This document shows positions 6,287 through 15,070 of a stretch of 30,359 nucleotides of DNA, piece by piece. The notes beneath the pieces are model-generated. The model did not search any database. It was not told the DNA's origin and worked only from the letters and a program-made list of their open reading frames with translations. A program made the position numbers and the translations under genes. Position 1 is the stretch's first letter; each line of letters begins with the position of its first letter. Origin of the DNA: a virus (lineage: Duplodnaviria; Caudoviricetes); IMG/VR virus record IMGVR_UViG_3300012953_000136, positions 1 through 30,359 of that record, one strand, 5' to 3'.

Positions 6287-8323
6287 TTATGTACCTGGTG
6301 CTCCACCGGTTAATTGAGCTTGGGTTCGATTTGGATTAGTTGGTATAACAGTAACATTGGATGTATTATTTACACGGTTATCAACACTAGAATTAGTTAT
6401 ACCAAAGAGTCTCATAACTTTCTCTCTCTGTTCTTCTACGGTCATATCATTTATATTTACGGCTGTTGTAGCAGGTATAAGACCTAAGGCTTCTTTTACT
6501 TTATTAATTTCTTCAACAGCTTTATCTACTCCTTTTATATTAACTAATCCTACAAAATCCATTGAGTTATTACCAAAAATTGCAGTGTCTTTTGTACTAC
6601 CACCTTTTAAAGCTAATTCAAATGTTTTAGATGCGCGTAATAAATCCCTAGCCATCTTTTCAGTGTTTATATTAAAATCAACATCATCTATGTCAGAGAA
6701 ATCATCTAATACGCCTTTAAAATTCTCCAAAGATTCGACACCATCATTAATATCTTCTGAGTTCCTAGCTAATATCATAGCTTGTTCTACTGGGCCTTTT
6801 TCACCTGAGACGAAGTCTAATACTGCTGCTGCACCAGCTCCTAATGAAGCTATAAATTTACCACCCCCAAATTTCATTAATGCTCCACTTAATGTTCCTA
6901 ATAGCCTACTTAAAGCTTTTGCGTCTTCTTCTCCTTTTTCACCAACCATATCCGGAATAGTTAATAATGTTGCTACTTCAGATTTAATATCTTCAGCAAA
7001 ATTCTTGCCAGCATATGCAGTAGTAATATCTGCCATTCCGGCTATACCTTTACCAGCTCCAAATGCTACTAAACCTAAACCTATTCCACCCATCACTGCA
7101 ATAAATTTAGCTGTATCCCAACCCATGCCAGGTATCTTGGATATTGATAATAAGGTTATAACTTCAGCTTTAATATCTTCTGCAAAGTTATCCCCTTGGC
7201 TGAACATTGTGACTGCATCACCTACTCCTGAAGCTGCTTTACCAAATGCAAATGCAGCAAGACCTAGTCCTAAACCTATTAATGCTAATGTTAAAGCACC
7301 ACCGTCTTTTAATGTATCTAATCCACCACCTGCTGCGTCTGGAATTGATAATAGGGTTAATACATTTTCTTTAATTCCTTCAGCCCAGTTAGTTTCACCA
7401 GTGAATAATTCTACACCTTTTTGCATTCCACTAGATACTGCGTTTGCTCCTTGGCCTAATGCGAATACTGTTAAACCTGCTCCTAATCCTATTAATGCAA
7501 GAGTAAGCGCTCCACTTTCTGCAAGCAGATCCAGTTTACCACCTGCTGCGTCTGGTATAGCAAGAAGAGCAATAACATTTTCTTTTATAGTATCGGTCCA
7601 ATTTGTTCCTTCAGTGAATTTACTTACTCCAGCTGCTGCTGCTCCACCTACTGCAAATATTGCTAAACCTGCTCCTAATCCAGATAGTGCTAAGAATAAA
7701 ACTCCACTATCACCGAACATTTCTAGATTACCACCTTCAAAATCTTCACCCATATTCAATAAGGTTTTGATATTATGTCTTACTTTTTCAGCATCTAGAT
7801 CTGCCATAGTATCTGCAAGATATGCAAGTGAAGCTATGACTGCAGCTACACCGATACCAGCAGCTCCAACCCCGATTCCTATTCCGCTCATTACCCCACC
7901 AATTTTGTCCATCATTTCTCCGCCGCCCTTTGATTGGGCTTTAGCTAAAGCATCTGGTTGGTTTTGAAGTGAGGCTCGGATATCCATGAAGATGTCTTTC
8001 ATCTCCATATCAGATTCGGCTTTTTGCATTGCTTCAGTAGAAGATTTTTGATCGTCATCTTCTGCTGCTGCTTTCTGTGCTTTGAGATCTATCCCAAAGC
8101 TTTTATTTAAGGCTATTGTATTGGCTAATGACTCTTTTTGAATGTTCTTCATTTCAAGTAGATGTCTACGAACATTAATCGTATCTCTACCTAAACTACC
8201 ACCCGTGGCTTTACTTTGCTCTATTAATGTAGCTTTTATATCGGATAGTATTCCAGTTTGCGACCGCTCGCGCTGCTGTTCTTCTTCACCTTGATTAGCA
8301 TTATTAGTTATGTCATCAGCCAT
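6287..8323 (-). CDS. Probable tail tape-measure protein (gp29-like position) with hydrophobic repeats
   Basis: 678 aa, Ala/Gly-rich helical repeats, C-terminal SSVDNRVNNTSNVTV; last gene of the tube-g26-g51 operon. Confidence 0.65.
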   Translation of the reverse strand: MADDITNNANQGEEEQQRERSQTGILSDIKATLIEQSKATGGSLGRDTINVRRHLLEMKNIQKESLANTIALNKSFGIDLKAQKAAAEDDDQKSSTEAMQKAESDMEMKDIFMDIRASLQNQPDALAKAQSKGGGEMMDKIGGVMSGIGIGVGAAGIGVAAVIASLAYLADTMADLDAEKVRHNIKTLLNMGEDFEGGNLEMFGDSGVLFLALSGLGAGLAIFAVGGAAAAGVSKFTEGTNWTDTIKENVIALLAIPDAAGGKLDLLAESGALTLALIGLGAGLTVFALGQGANAVSSGMQKGVELFTGETNWAEGIKENVLTLLSIPDAAGGGLDTLKDGGALTLALIGLGLGLAAFAFGKAASGVGDAVTMFSQGDNFAEDIKAEVITLLSISKIPGMGWDTAKFIAVMGGIGLGLVAFGAGKGIAGMADITTAYAGKNFAEDIKSEVATLLTIPDMVGEKGEEDAKALSRLLGTLSGALMKFGGGKFIASLGAGAAAVLDFVSGEKGPVEQAMILARNSEDINDGVESLENFKGVLDDFSDIDDVDFNINTEKMARDLLRASKTFELALKGGSTKDTAIFGNNSMDFVGLVNIKGVDKAVEEINKVKEALGLIPATTAVNINDMTVEEQREKVMRLFGITNSSVDNRVNNTSNVTVIPTNPNRTQAQLTGGAPGT
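6850..7800 (-). repeat. About five degenerate 62-71 aa repeats within the tape-measure-like gene
   Basis: IKENV..LL.IPDAAGG / NFAEDIK.EV.TLL.I units; 18-nt identities at 7325/7538 (213 apart) and 7472/7664 (192 apart); boundaries approximate. Confidence 0.85.
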
Positions 8324-8333
8324 ATTTTATTTC

Positions 8334-8714
8334 CTAGTTAGGGTTATTATCACCGTGCTCTTTTGCAGCACTGTTAACATATAAACCAAACCAAGCTGCA
8401 CCTGCACCTACTAAGATACTGATAAGCCCTGATTGTTCTAAAGTTGGTTCTGGTAATTCCATAAACCAAAATGTTGCATAATATAGTAAATACATGTATA
8501 TGCCTAAAAACGCTCTTGGTATAATTCTCCAAGCATCTAGTGTTTTTGCAGCAAATATCCATTTTTGCCAAGGGTTCTTTTTGTCGTCATGAGTCAGTTC
8601 AAATATTTCTTGTTTCAATTCACCGATTTCGGTGACCATAGCCATAAACTTTTTAAGATCTATTTCAACTTCATTACGAGACATATCTCCCTGAAATTGA
8701 TCTTCTCTAGCCAT
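8334..8714 (-). CDS. Small membrane protein (2 predicted TM segments, N-terminal coiled coil), possibly holin-like
   Basis: LDAWRIIPRAFLGIYMYLLYYATFWF and SGLISILVGAGAAWFGLYV hydrophobic segments; AAGGAG SD. Confidence 0.75.
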   Translation of the reverse strand: MAREDQFQGDMSRNEVEIDLKKFMAMVTEIGELKQEIFELTHDDKKNPWQKWIFAAKTLDAWRIIPRAFLGIYMYLLYYATFWFMELPEPTLEQSGLISILVGAGAAWFGLYVNSAAKEHGDNNPN

Positions 8715-8902
8715 TATAAGCTCCTTTTATTATTCCTGATCTTTTCCATTTCTTCGAGATGTTCTTTAAGTAAAGACATGTATATCTCCCTCTCCCATGG
8801 CATCATATTATCCAATTCTGTCAAACTATATTGGTGATGTTGCATCAACACAAAATTCGTTTGATAGTGGTTCACTATGCTCTCATGTGAGAGGCCTATG
8901 TA
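8714..8902 (-). CDS. 51: gp51-like baseplate hub assembly catalyst frame (not in the track; conserved part begins before the first ATG at 8845)
   Basis: Reads YIGLSHESIVNHYQTNFVLMQHHQYSLTELDNMMPWEREIYMSLLKEHLEE...; YxTNFxLMQHHxYSLTExxNMMPWER is the gp51-family signature; stop at 8714-8716. Confidence 0.85.
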   Translation of the reverse strand, partial: YIGLSHESIVNHYQTNFVLMQHHQYSLTELDNMMPWEREIYMSLLKEHLEEMEKIRNNKRSL

Positions 8903-9600
8903 AAAAAATTGGCTAATCCCCTTAACTTCTGGGTATTAGCATGTTTACAATGCATACATTCAAATACTAGATCATATTCTAATCTAGGGGTTTTCCTAAA
9001 GAAATCACTTATCTTTTGGAATTGATCAGTTGTTAAAGATTCAACAAAATCCTTAACTTCTTCTTTATTTTCTTCTTTAACATCGTGTACCTGATCATTA
9101 TCAAATATAGTATCAACACAAGCTATGATTAAATCCATTAATCCTTCTACAGTATCTAAAGAATCTAACCCAACATCTCTCAATGTATTTGCTGTCGGAT
9201 AATTCATTGTTACGCCAACACTATCTGTTAATTTAATAACTGAAGCGCTTTCGTCTAAATCCGTCATTGTTATATCTTTCGTACTAATAGTAACTGGTGT
9301 TTCACCTTCACACTCTGAACATTTTCCAACTAAGTTAATAGTTTCTCCTACTGAGATTCCACGTAGATCTAAAAATAATTTTTCTACATCAAATCCAGCA
9401 AGCTTATCCAGATTCACCCCATCAATACACGAGGTTATTAAGTTACGTATAGCCATTGTTATTTGTTTTGAATCTTCTGATTCTAACGCTAACAATAGCA
9501 CCTTTTCTTCTTTGACCAAGTATGGTCTCATAGTAAGTTCCTCACCCGTCGACGGAATCGTCACCGGATATCGAGGCACATCAATTTTTGGTAAAGCCAT
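8896..9600 (-). CDS. 26: Baseplate hub assembly protein gp26
   Basis: MALPK...Y...IPSTG....RPYLVKEEKVLLLALES; two CxxC motifs; ends GLANFFT. Confidence 0.92.
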   Translation of the reverse strand: MALPKIDVPRYPVTIPSTGEELTMRPYLVKEEKVLLLALESEDSKQITMAIRNLITSCIDGVNLDKLAGFDVEKLFLDLRGISVGETINLVGKCSECEGETPVTISTKDITMTDLDESASVIKLTDSVGVTMNYPTANTLRDVGLDSLDTVEGLMDLIIACVDTIFDNDQVHDVKEENKEEVKDFVESLTTDQFQKISDFFRKTPRLEYDLVFECMHCKHANTQKLRGLANFFT

Positions 9601-9619
9601 AATTATATTTTCTCCATTT

Positions 9620-10258
9620 TTATGATAATAAATTTCCTAAAGCTCTTAGCCCACCGCCAAGAGTTGAGCTGAGTGCATCTTCTGCGACCCAGCGATCGTA
9701 TGACCATTGGATAGCTATCTCTGCAGCATCACCCTGTTGATCATTATCGAGAGCATAACCACCAATAGAAGTAGGAAAAGCATTAATCAATCTTACTCCA
9801 TATACTGGTTTGTCCTCTTTATTCAACTGTTGTATAGTCACATCAGTTGAAAAATCTTTTTTATAACCAATGTAATATTTATCAGTATCGAATATGGCTC
9901 TTTGCCAACTATCGAACATTGTCTTGATATACATATCGCTGGTTAATCTAAAAACTGTTGTTATTTCTTCATCTGTATGGTTATTAACCATCTTCATTGT
10001 ATTAGTATGATTCTGATAATCCAATGTAGCTAATTGCCTACTAGGAATTGCTGCAGATTTGCAAAGTAAATTAATATCTCTTGGGTCATTAATTAAACTC
10101 TTAACAGAGAATGATCCACTTATAACTGATCCTAATAAATTACTAGGATTTAAATTTAATAAAGACATTTTTGGTGGGGTAAAGATTATATTAAATCTAT
10201 TTGGATGTAAGGTTCCACCGTGACTTTTGATACTAGATTTTAATTTTTCTATGCTCAT
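9620..10258 (-). CDS. Tail-tube-family protein (gp54-like tube initiator / gp19-like)
   Basis: PNRF, LLC..A.IPSRQL, F.SWQ, YGVRLINAFPTSIG..L motifs. Confidence 0.75.
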   Translation of the reverse strand: MSIEKLKSSIKSHGGTLHPNRFNIIFTPPKMSLLNLNPSNLLGSVISGSFSVKSLINDPRDINLLCKSAAIPSRQLATLDYQNHTNTMKMVNNHTDEEITTVFRLTSDMYIKTMFDSWQRAIFDTDKYYIGYKKDFSTDVTIQQLNKEDKPVYGVRLINAFPTSIGGYALDNDQQGDAAEIAIQWSYDRWVAEDALSSTLGGGLRALGNLLS

Positions 10259-10852
10259 TTATTTTCCGTAAATTTGTTTTCTACTATATCTCCAAACAGT
10301 ATCTCTTGAAACTTTCTTAAAGTTATCAACTGGTAAGAATACTGCGATTTCCCACTCTGTCATTGGTACTCTCATTATTTTAGACCTTACATGATCTGTT
10401 AGATAATGTTTAAAGCAAGGTTTAAATTCTCTATATTTTGCCGCTTTTTGTAATAAACTATATCTCAATCTCATCAATCGGGTCGAATCTGTTAATTTCT
10501 TTGGAGCTAAATTCATTAGTTCATCTAAGAATTCTGCTCTAATAACTGGTGAAAGATAATGTAGATTCAATCCATGGAATCCACCTGGTGCTGCCTGAAC
10601 CATTACGGTCATAGGAAACATATCATAATATGGTAATGTTTTTTTATGTTTTGGATCATAAACATACATAACCATATCACCAATTAATGGCTTAGTTCTT
10701 TTATCTAATATAGGATCTTTTAATAAATCTGTTCTGCTTACTGTTCCTAATTCTTTCACAGCCTTACGGAACCAATTCCTAGCCTTATCAGTTCTGGGAA
10801 CTATATTCGCTCTATAAGCGTTTGCCTGTAATGTATCAAATAAAGATGCCAT
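10259..10852 (-). CDS. 2: DNA end protector gp2
   Basis: YDPKHKKTLPYYDMFP, GFHGLNLHYL, FKPCFKHYL..HV.S, EWEIAVFLP. Confidence 0.93.
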   Translation of the reverse strand: MASLFDTLQANAYRANIVPRTDKARNWFRKAVKELGTVSRTDLLKDPILDKRTKPLIGDMVMYVYDPKHKKTLPYYDMFPMTVMVQAAPGGFHGLNLHYLSPVIRAEFLDELMNLAPKKLTDSTRLMRLRYSLLQKAAKYREFKPCFKHYLTDHVRSKIMRVPMTEWEIAVFLPVDNFKKVSRDTVWRYSRKQIYGK

Positions 10853-10857
10853 ATATC

Positions 10858-10865
10858 TATTTATG
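10858..10865 (-). promoter_or_regulatory. Late promoter variant CATAAATA, 5 nt before the g2 ATG
   Basis: Minus strand CATAAATA-GATAT-ATG. Confidence 0.65.
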
Positions 10866-11313
10866 TGCCAGACTTAATTAGTTTGATACCTAAATTCTTT
10901 AAAGTTTCCTCTGTCCAAATTTGGAATTTCCAACCTTTATGCTCAGCAAATTTGTTAGCTGATTCCCATTTATCTTGGTTTTTAACATAGGTTAATACTT
11001 CATTTATGTATCTTTTTGTCTTTCTTTTCGGTTCTTTTGGTGGTATTGTTTGTTTTTTTGGTTTAATTTCAATCAAAAATATTTCACCATCAGTCATTTC
11101 TACAAATAAATCTACAAAATATCTGTGCATTTTCTTGTCATGTCGGTAAACATAAGGTATAACAACCTCTTCAGAATTCCATGCTTTCACATTTGGATTG
11201 CTTTCGCACCATCTAAAGCACTGTCTTTCCCAAAGTGATCTATATACCACATTGGTATAATCCCCAATATACTTTTCGGGTTTGGTAATTTTAAATCTGC
11301 CTTTGTAACTCAT
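10861..11313 (-). CDS. 4: Head completion nuclease gp4
   Basis: YKGRF...PEKY.GD...VYRSLWE, WNSEEVVIPY, HRYFVD, LIEIKP, NQDKWESA. Confidence 0.95.
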   Translation of the reverse strand: MSYKGRFKITKPEKYIGDYTNVVYRSLWERQCFRWCESNPNVKAWNSEEVVIPYVYRHDKKMHRYFVDLFVEMTDGEIFLIEIKPKKQTIPPKEPKRKTKRYINEVLTYVKNQDKWESANKFAEHKGWKFQIWTEETLKNLGIKLIKSGT

Positions 11314-11320
11314 ATAAATA
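11313..11320 (+). promoter_or_regulatory. Late promoter for the baseplate operon
   Basis: Exact TATAAATA upstream of g48. Confidence 0.85.
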
Positions 11321-11348
11321 CTCTTATAATATTATTTTAATATAACTC

Positions 11349-11356
11349 TATTTATA
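11349..11356 (-). promoter_or_regulatory. Late promoter for the g4 operon
   Basis: TATTTATA on + = TATAAATA on -. Confidence 0.85.
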
Positions 11357-11368
11357 ACGGAAAAAAAG

Positions 11369-12268
11369 ATGGCAGAAGAAGAAAATCAGGCTCAGGAAAC
11401 TCCGGCACCGAAAAAGCCGGTGCTAACATATCCGTTGGACCTCAGAGAACATCCAGAAAGAGAAGTAGTTCGATTTACAATAAAAGATAGAACAGAATTA
11501 GAAGAAAAAAAATCCATATACATGTATACCCCACCAGGTATATCAGTACCTGATGGAGCTTCTTATAGTACTATGGACTTAGGAATGTTAGGAGCTGCAG
11601 CCGATAAGTTTGAACAAAATAAACAAGACGGTCAAGGTAATATGGAAGCTCTAGGAAATATTGCTACACAAGCAGATATTGTTGCTGCACTGCAATCAAA
11701 AGCTGGAAATATGGGTGGTGGAATTGGTGGTGCATTAGGTAAAGCATCATTTAAACAAGGTGTTGCAGCAAATCCATATACTGTTACAAATTTTCAAGGT
11801 GTGACACAAAGAAATTTTACTTTTCAATTTAAACTAGTTGCTCAATCAGAAACAGAAGCTCTAGAAATTAAAGCAATAGAAAATACTTTTAGGAAATTCT
11901 TATATCCTAAGTTAGCTAAATCCCCAATCTTATTTAAATATCCACCTTATTGGCAAATTGAATTTTTAAAAGGGGATAAACCAAATACACATTTACCATT
12001 TATTAATTTATCTTTCTTACAGAGTATGTCAGCAACATATAATACTTCAACAAATGCTTTCCATCCAGATGGTGCACCAATTGAAGTAGATATATCTTTA
12101 ACATACGTAGAAGCTAAAAATCTTACAAGAGAAGATCTTTATAAAGATGTTGATAGTTATCAAGATGCTGAATACCATTATGATTATAATAAGAGCGGTA
12201 TAAAAGGAGCTCCAGATAATATGGAACTAGCTGAAACCGTAACCGACGGTGGTGGAGGAACAACATAA
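11369..12268 (+). CDS. 48: Baseplate tail-tube cap gp48
   Basis: IYMYTPP, NPY...FQGV..RNFTFQFKL.AQS..EA..IK.I...FRK..YP, DGAP...I.L.Y.E. Confidence 0.85.
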   Translation: MAEEENQAQETPAPKKPVLTYPLDLREHPEREVVRFTIKDRTELEEKKSIYMYTPPGISVPDGASYSTMDLGMLGAAADKFEQNKQDGQGNMEALGNIATQADIVAALQSKAGNMGGGIGGALGKASFKQGVAANPYTVTNFQGVTQRNFTFQFKLVAQSETEALEIKAIENTFRKFLYPKLAKSPILFKYPPYWQIEFLKGDKPNTHLPFINLSFLQSMSATYNTSTNAFHPDGAPIEVDISLTYVEAKNLTREDLYKDVDSYQDAEYHYDYNKSGIKGAPDNMELAETVTDGGGGTT

Positions 12269-13209
12269 TGGCATACTTTAATAAGTTTCCAAAAGCAGCA
12301 TACGATTTTAATCGCGAAGGTGTTGTTAATAACATTGTAGATATTTTTAGACAGGTAAGACCTTTACAAAATTTTGTAGATGATTTTTCTTCATATCGAT
12401 ATTATGAAATTCAAGATGGGGAAAGACCAGATATAGTATCTAAAAGGTTATATGATAATGCGGATTACTATTGGACATTTTTTATTGTTAACGATTTCTT
12501 ACACGATGGATTAAGTTCTTGGCCGATGACTCAAAGAGATCTAGATGAATATATTAAAAAAGAATATGCTGGTTATGCTTTAGAAACAAGACCAAACATA
12601 AAAAGAGATACCGATGGTGGTATAGAAGAGTTTGAAAATTCTTTAGCAGGTACAGTAGCTGGACAAAATCAAGGTGGTTTCACACCAGGAACAACAGTAA
12701 CATTAACCAGAGGTGGTGTTACTACTGCAACAGGAAAAATCAGAAGAAAAGATCTTTATTTAAATCAATTAATAATACAAGATGTTACTGGTACTCCAGT
12801 ATCAAATGGAACAGGTAATATTGTAGAAAACTGTTCAGGGTTTCATACAGATCCAGTAACAAAAGCACCAATTGCAGTTGATGTTAAAATATGGAAAGCT
12901 TGGAAATACGATGAAGCACCACATCATTATTATATTAGTGGTGATGGAAAAGATGAATCAACAACAGATCCTTTTGGAAATAAAATATATGGAATAGAAG
13001 CTGATGTATCTTCTGCAAACTTCTTTTCAGTAACGGATGATGCAGCTAAAAATTTAATCCTTCAGGAAGGATCAGTGGCAGCACCTTTATATACTTCTAA
13101 TAGAAAATATCTTAACAATTTAAATCAAGAAAAGAGTAGAATAAGAATAATCGATCCAACATTTATGCCTCTATTCATAGAAAAATTTGAACAACTAATT
13201 AAACAATAA
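12268..13209 (+). CDS. 53: Baseplate wedge protein gp53
   Basis: MAYFNKFP, YEIQDGERPDIVSKRLY...YYWTFFIVN...WP, C-terminal N.EKSRIRIIDP. Confidence 0.88.
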   Translation: MAYFNKFPKAAYDFNREGVVNNIVDIFRQVRPLQNFVDDFSSYRYYEIQDGERPDIVSKRLYDNADYYWTFFIVNDFLHDGLSSWPMTQRDLDEYIKKEYAGYALETRPNIKRDTDGGIEEFENSLAGTVAGQNQGGFTPGTTVTLTRGGVTTATGKIRRKDLYLNQLIIQDVTGTPVSNGTGNIVENCSGFHTDPVTKAPIAVDVKIWKAWKYDEAPHHYYISGDGKDESTTDPFGNKIYGIEADVSSANFFSVTDDAAKNLILQEGSVAAPLYTSNRKYLNNLNQEKSRIRIIDPTFMPLFIEKFEQLIKQ

Positions 13210-13211
13210 TT

Positions 13212-14552
13212 ATGTCTAATCTTGGGAACACAGGACAAAGTACTAATCTAGGAAGAGATGGAAAGATCACTTCTCCAATGTCCTATCGGATAGAATATTG
13301 TAAATTATACCCAAACCCAAAAGCTAATCCATTAGAAAAAGATGCAATGGAAATAAATGAGATTCTAAAACAAGTAGTGATAGAAGAATCTATGGATATG
13401 CAATCAATCCTTGTTAGCTTAAAGATTGGTGATGCAACAAACACATTAGAATTTCTAAGAATAACTGGTAATGAAAAAATAGAATTATTGATTAGTCAGG
13501 ATATATTAGATAGAGAAAAGAAAGAAATAAAATTAGAACTTTATATTTCTGATATAATTTCTTATACTAAACCAGCTATAGCTCAACAAACGTATGAAAT
13601 ACAATGTGTGGGTAAACATGCTTATATGAATCAATTAACAATGATAAGCGAACCATTCGATAATTCTATAGGAAAAACTATACAAAATATTTGTCAATCA
13701 CATTTAGATGTAGAAGATGTCACAATTGATTCACAGGGTGGAAGAGTAAAAGGTATAATCCCAAACTTAAGACCGATAGCTGCTTGTAATTGGCTAGCAA
13801 GAAATGCTTTAGAGAATGGTCAACCACATTATTTTTTCGATTCAATTAAAAATGGATTAAGATTTTGTTCTTATGAAGAATTAATAAAAGAAGATCCAGT
13901 AATAAAATTAAACAACCAACCATTTTTTGAAGGTATACAAAAAGACCAAGCAGATAATTATGATGTAGAATTAAATAAGGTACAAAAGGTTTCTTCTGAT
14001 CTTAATCTTTCTAAATTTAACGATGCGGCCGCAGGCGCGTATGCATCTACATTAACATCAATTGATATAGCAAAAAAGAAAGTAGAAGTTAAAAAATCTG
14101 AAGATACTGAATTGTTAATGTTAAATAAGAATAAATCTTGGCCTGAAGAAGATAGTAAGTTTGGTGATAAATTATCTAAGAAGAATTCATCAAAGAAATT
14201 TTTTACAAATCAAAATTCTCTTGCATATAATAATCAATTAAACTATCACGGGCATGAAGTAGATAATTTACAGAAAGCTATTATGCAAATATCAAATCAA
14301 AACTTTATTACACATACATTGGAAGTTGCCGGCAACCCAGATTTATTTCCTGGAGCAATTGTAGAATTAGATTTTTGGAAAAGTGGTGCACCAGAACTTT
14401 TAGAAGGTGCCGAAAAAGAAGAAGATGAATTAATGAGTGGGAAATATATTCTACACAGAGCAGTTCATATTTTTAAAAAAGATTATACCGTAACCATAGA
14501 ATTAAAAAAAGATTCTAGTAAGTTTAGTTATGATGAGAAAGGAACAATATAA
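13212..14552 (+). CDS. Probable baseplate hub protein (gp27-like)
   Basis: Lies between g53 and g5; C-terminal GNPDLFPGAIVEL...SGKYILHRAVHIF typical of hub proteins. Confidence 0.6.
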   Translation: MSNLGNTGQSTNLGRDGKITSPMSYRIEYCKLYPNPKANPLEKDAMEINEILKQVVIEESMDMQSILVSLKIGDATNTLEFLRITGNEKIELLISQDILDREKKEIKLELYISDIISYTKPAIAQQTYEIQCVGKHAYMNQLTMISEPFDNSIGKTIQNICQSHLDVEDVTIDSQGGRVKGIIPNLRPIAACNWLARNALENGQPHYFFDSIKNGLRFCSYEELIKEDPVIKLNNQPFFEGIQKDQADNYDVELNKVQKVSSDLNLSKFNDAAAGAYASTLTSIDIAKKKVEVKKSEDTELLMLNKNKSWPEEDSKFGDKLSKKNSSKKFFTNQNSLAYNNQLNYHGHEVDNLQKAIMQISNQNFITHTLEVAGNPDLFPGAIVELDFWKSGAPELLEGAEKEEDELMSGKYILHRAVHIFKKDYTVTIELKKDSSKFSYDEKGTI

Positions 14553-15070
14553 TGAGAAAAGATGATTTTATAGGACAACAATTTTATTGGTTCACAGGTG
14601 AAGTAAAAGAAATTGCCGATCATAATAGAGTAAAAGTATTATGCCACGGGTATTATCCACAAGATATAGAAAAAAAAGATTTACCATGGGCAACAGTTAT
14701 GATGCCAACAACAGTAGCAGGAACATCTACTAGTTCAGCAAATCACCACTTAGAAGAAGGTTCTTGGGTGGTTGGATTCTTTAGAGATGGTATGTCCGCA
14801 CAAGATCCTATTGTTATTGGTTCTGTTGCTGGAGAAGATATACCTTCTGGCTCTTCTAAAACAAATAAAGTTTATAATTCCCAAGCAGGACATAAAATAG
14901 AATTAGAAAATAAAGAAGGTGATGAAACAATAAGAGTTACACACGCAAAAGGCGCAGTGATTACCATTGATAAAGATAATAACCTTTCAATAGCTAATTC
15001 AGGAACAACAAATCTAACTTCAGCTGGAGCTATTACAATAACATCAGCAGTTAAAACAACTATAGTATAA
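14552..15070 (+). CDS. 5: Short gp5-like central spike (OB fold plus short beta region, no lysozyme)
   Basis: WFTGEV, RVKVLCHGY, DLPWA, GSWVVGFFRDG..AQDPIVIGS; only 172 aa. Confidence 0.85.
   Translation: MRKDDFIGQQFYWFTGEVKEIADHNRVKVLCHGYYPQDIEKKDLPWATVMMPTTVAGTSTSSANHHLEEGSWVVGFFRDGMSAQDPIVIGSVAGEDIPSGSSKTNKVYNSQAGHKIELENKEGDETIRVTHAKGAVITIDKDNNLSIANSGTTNLTSAGAITITSAVKTTIV

Noticed and set aside
6357-7967. 536-aa + strand ORF antisense to the tape-measure-like gene
   Set aside because: Shadow frame of an Ala/Gly-rich gene; TTG start, no SD, Pro/Ser/Ala-biased sequence
8323-8332. TATTTTATTT match between the candidate sRNA and the tape-measure start region
   Set aside because: A/T-only 10-mer, expected by chance in this composition
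8620-8635. Inverted repeat TCACCGA-TT-TCGGTGA (and GCACCG/CGGTGC at 11405-11423)
   Set aside because: Short isolated stems in coding sequence with no terminator tail; insufficient support
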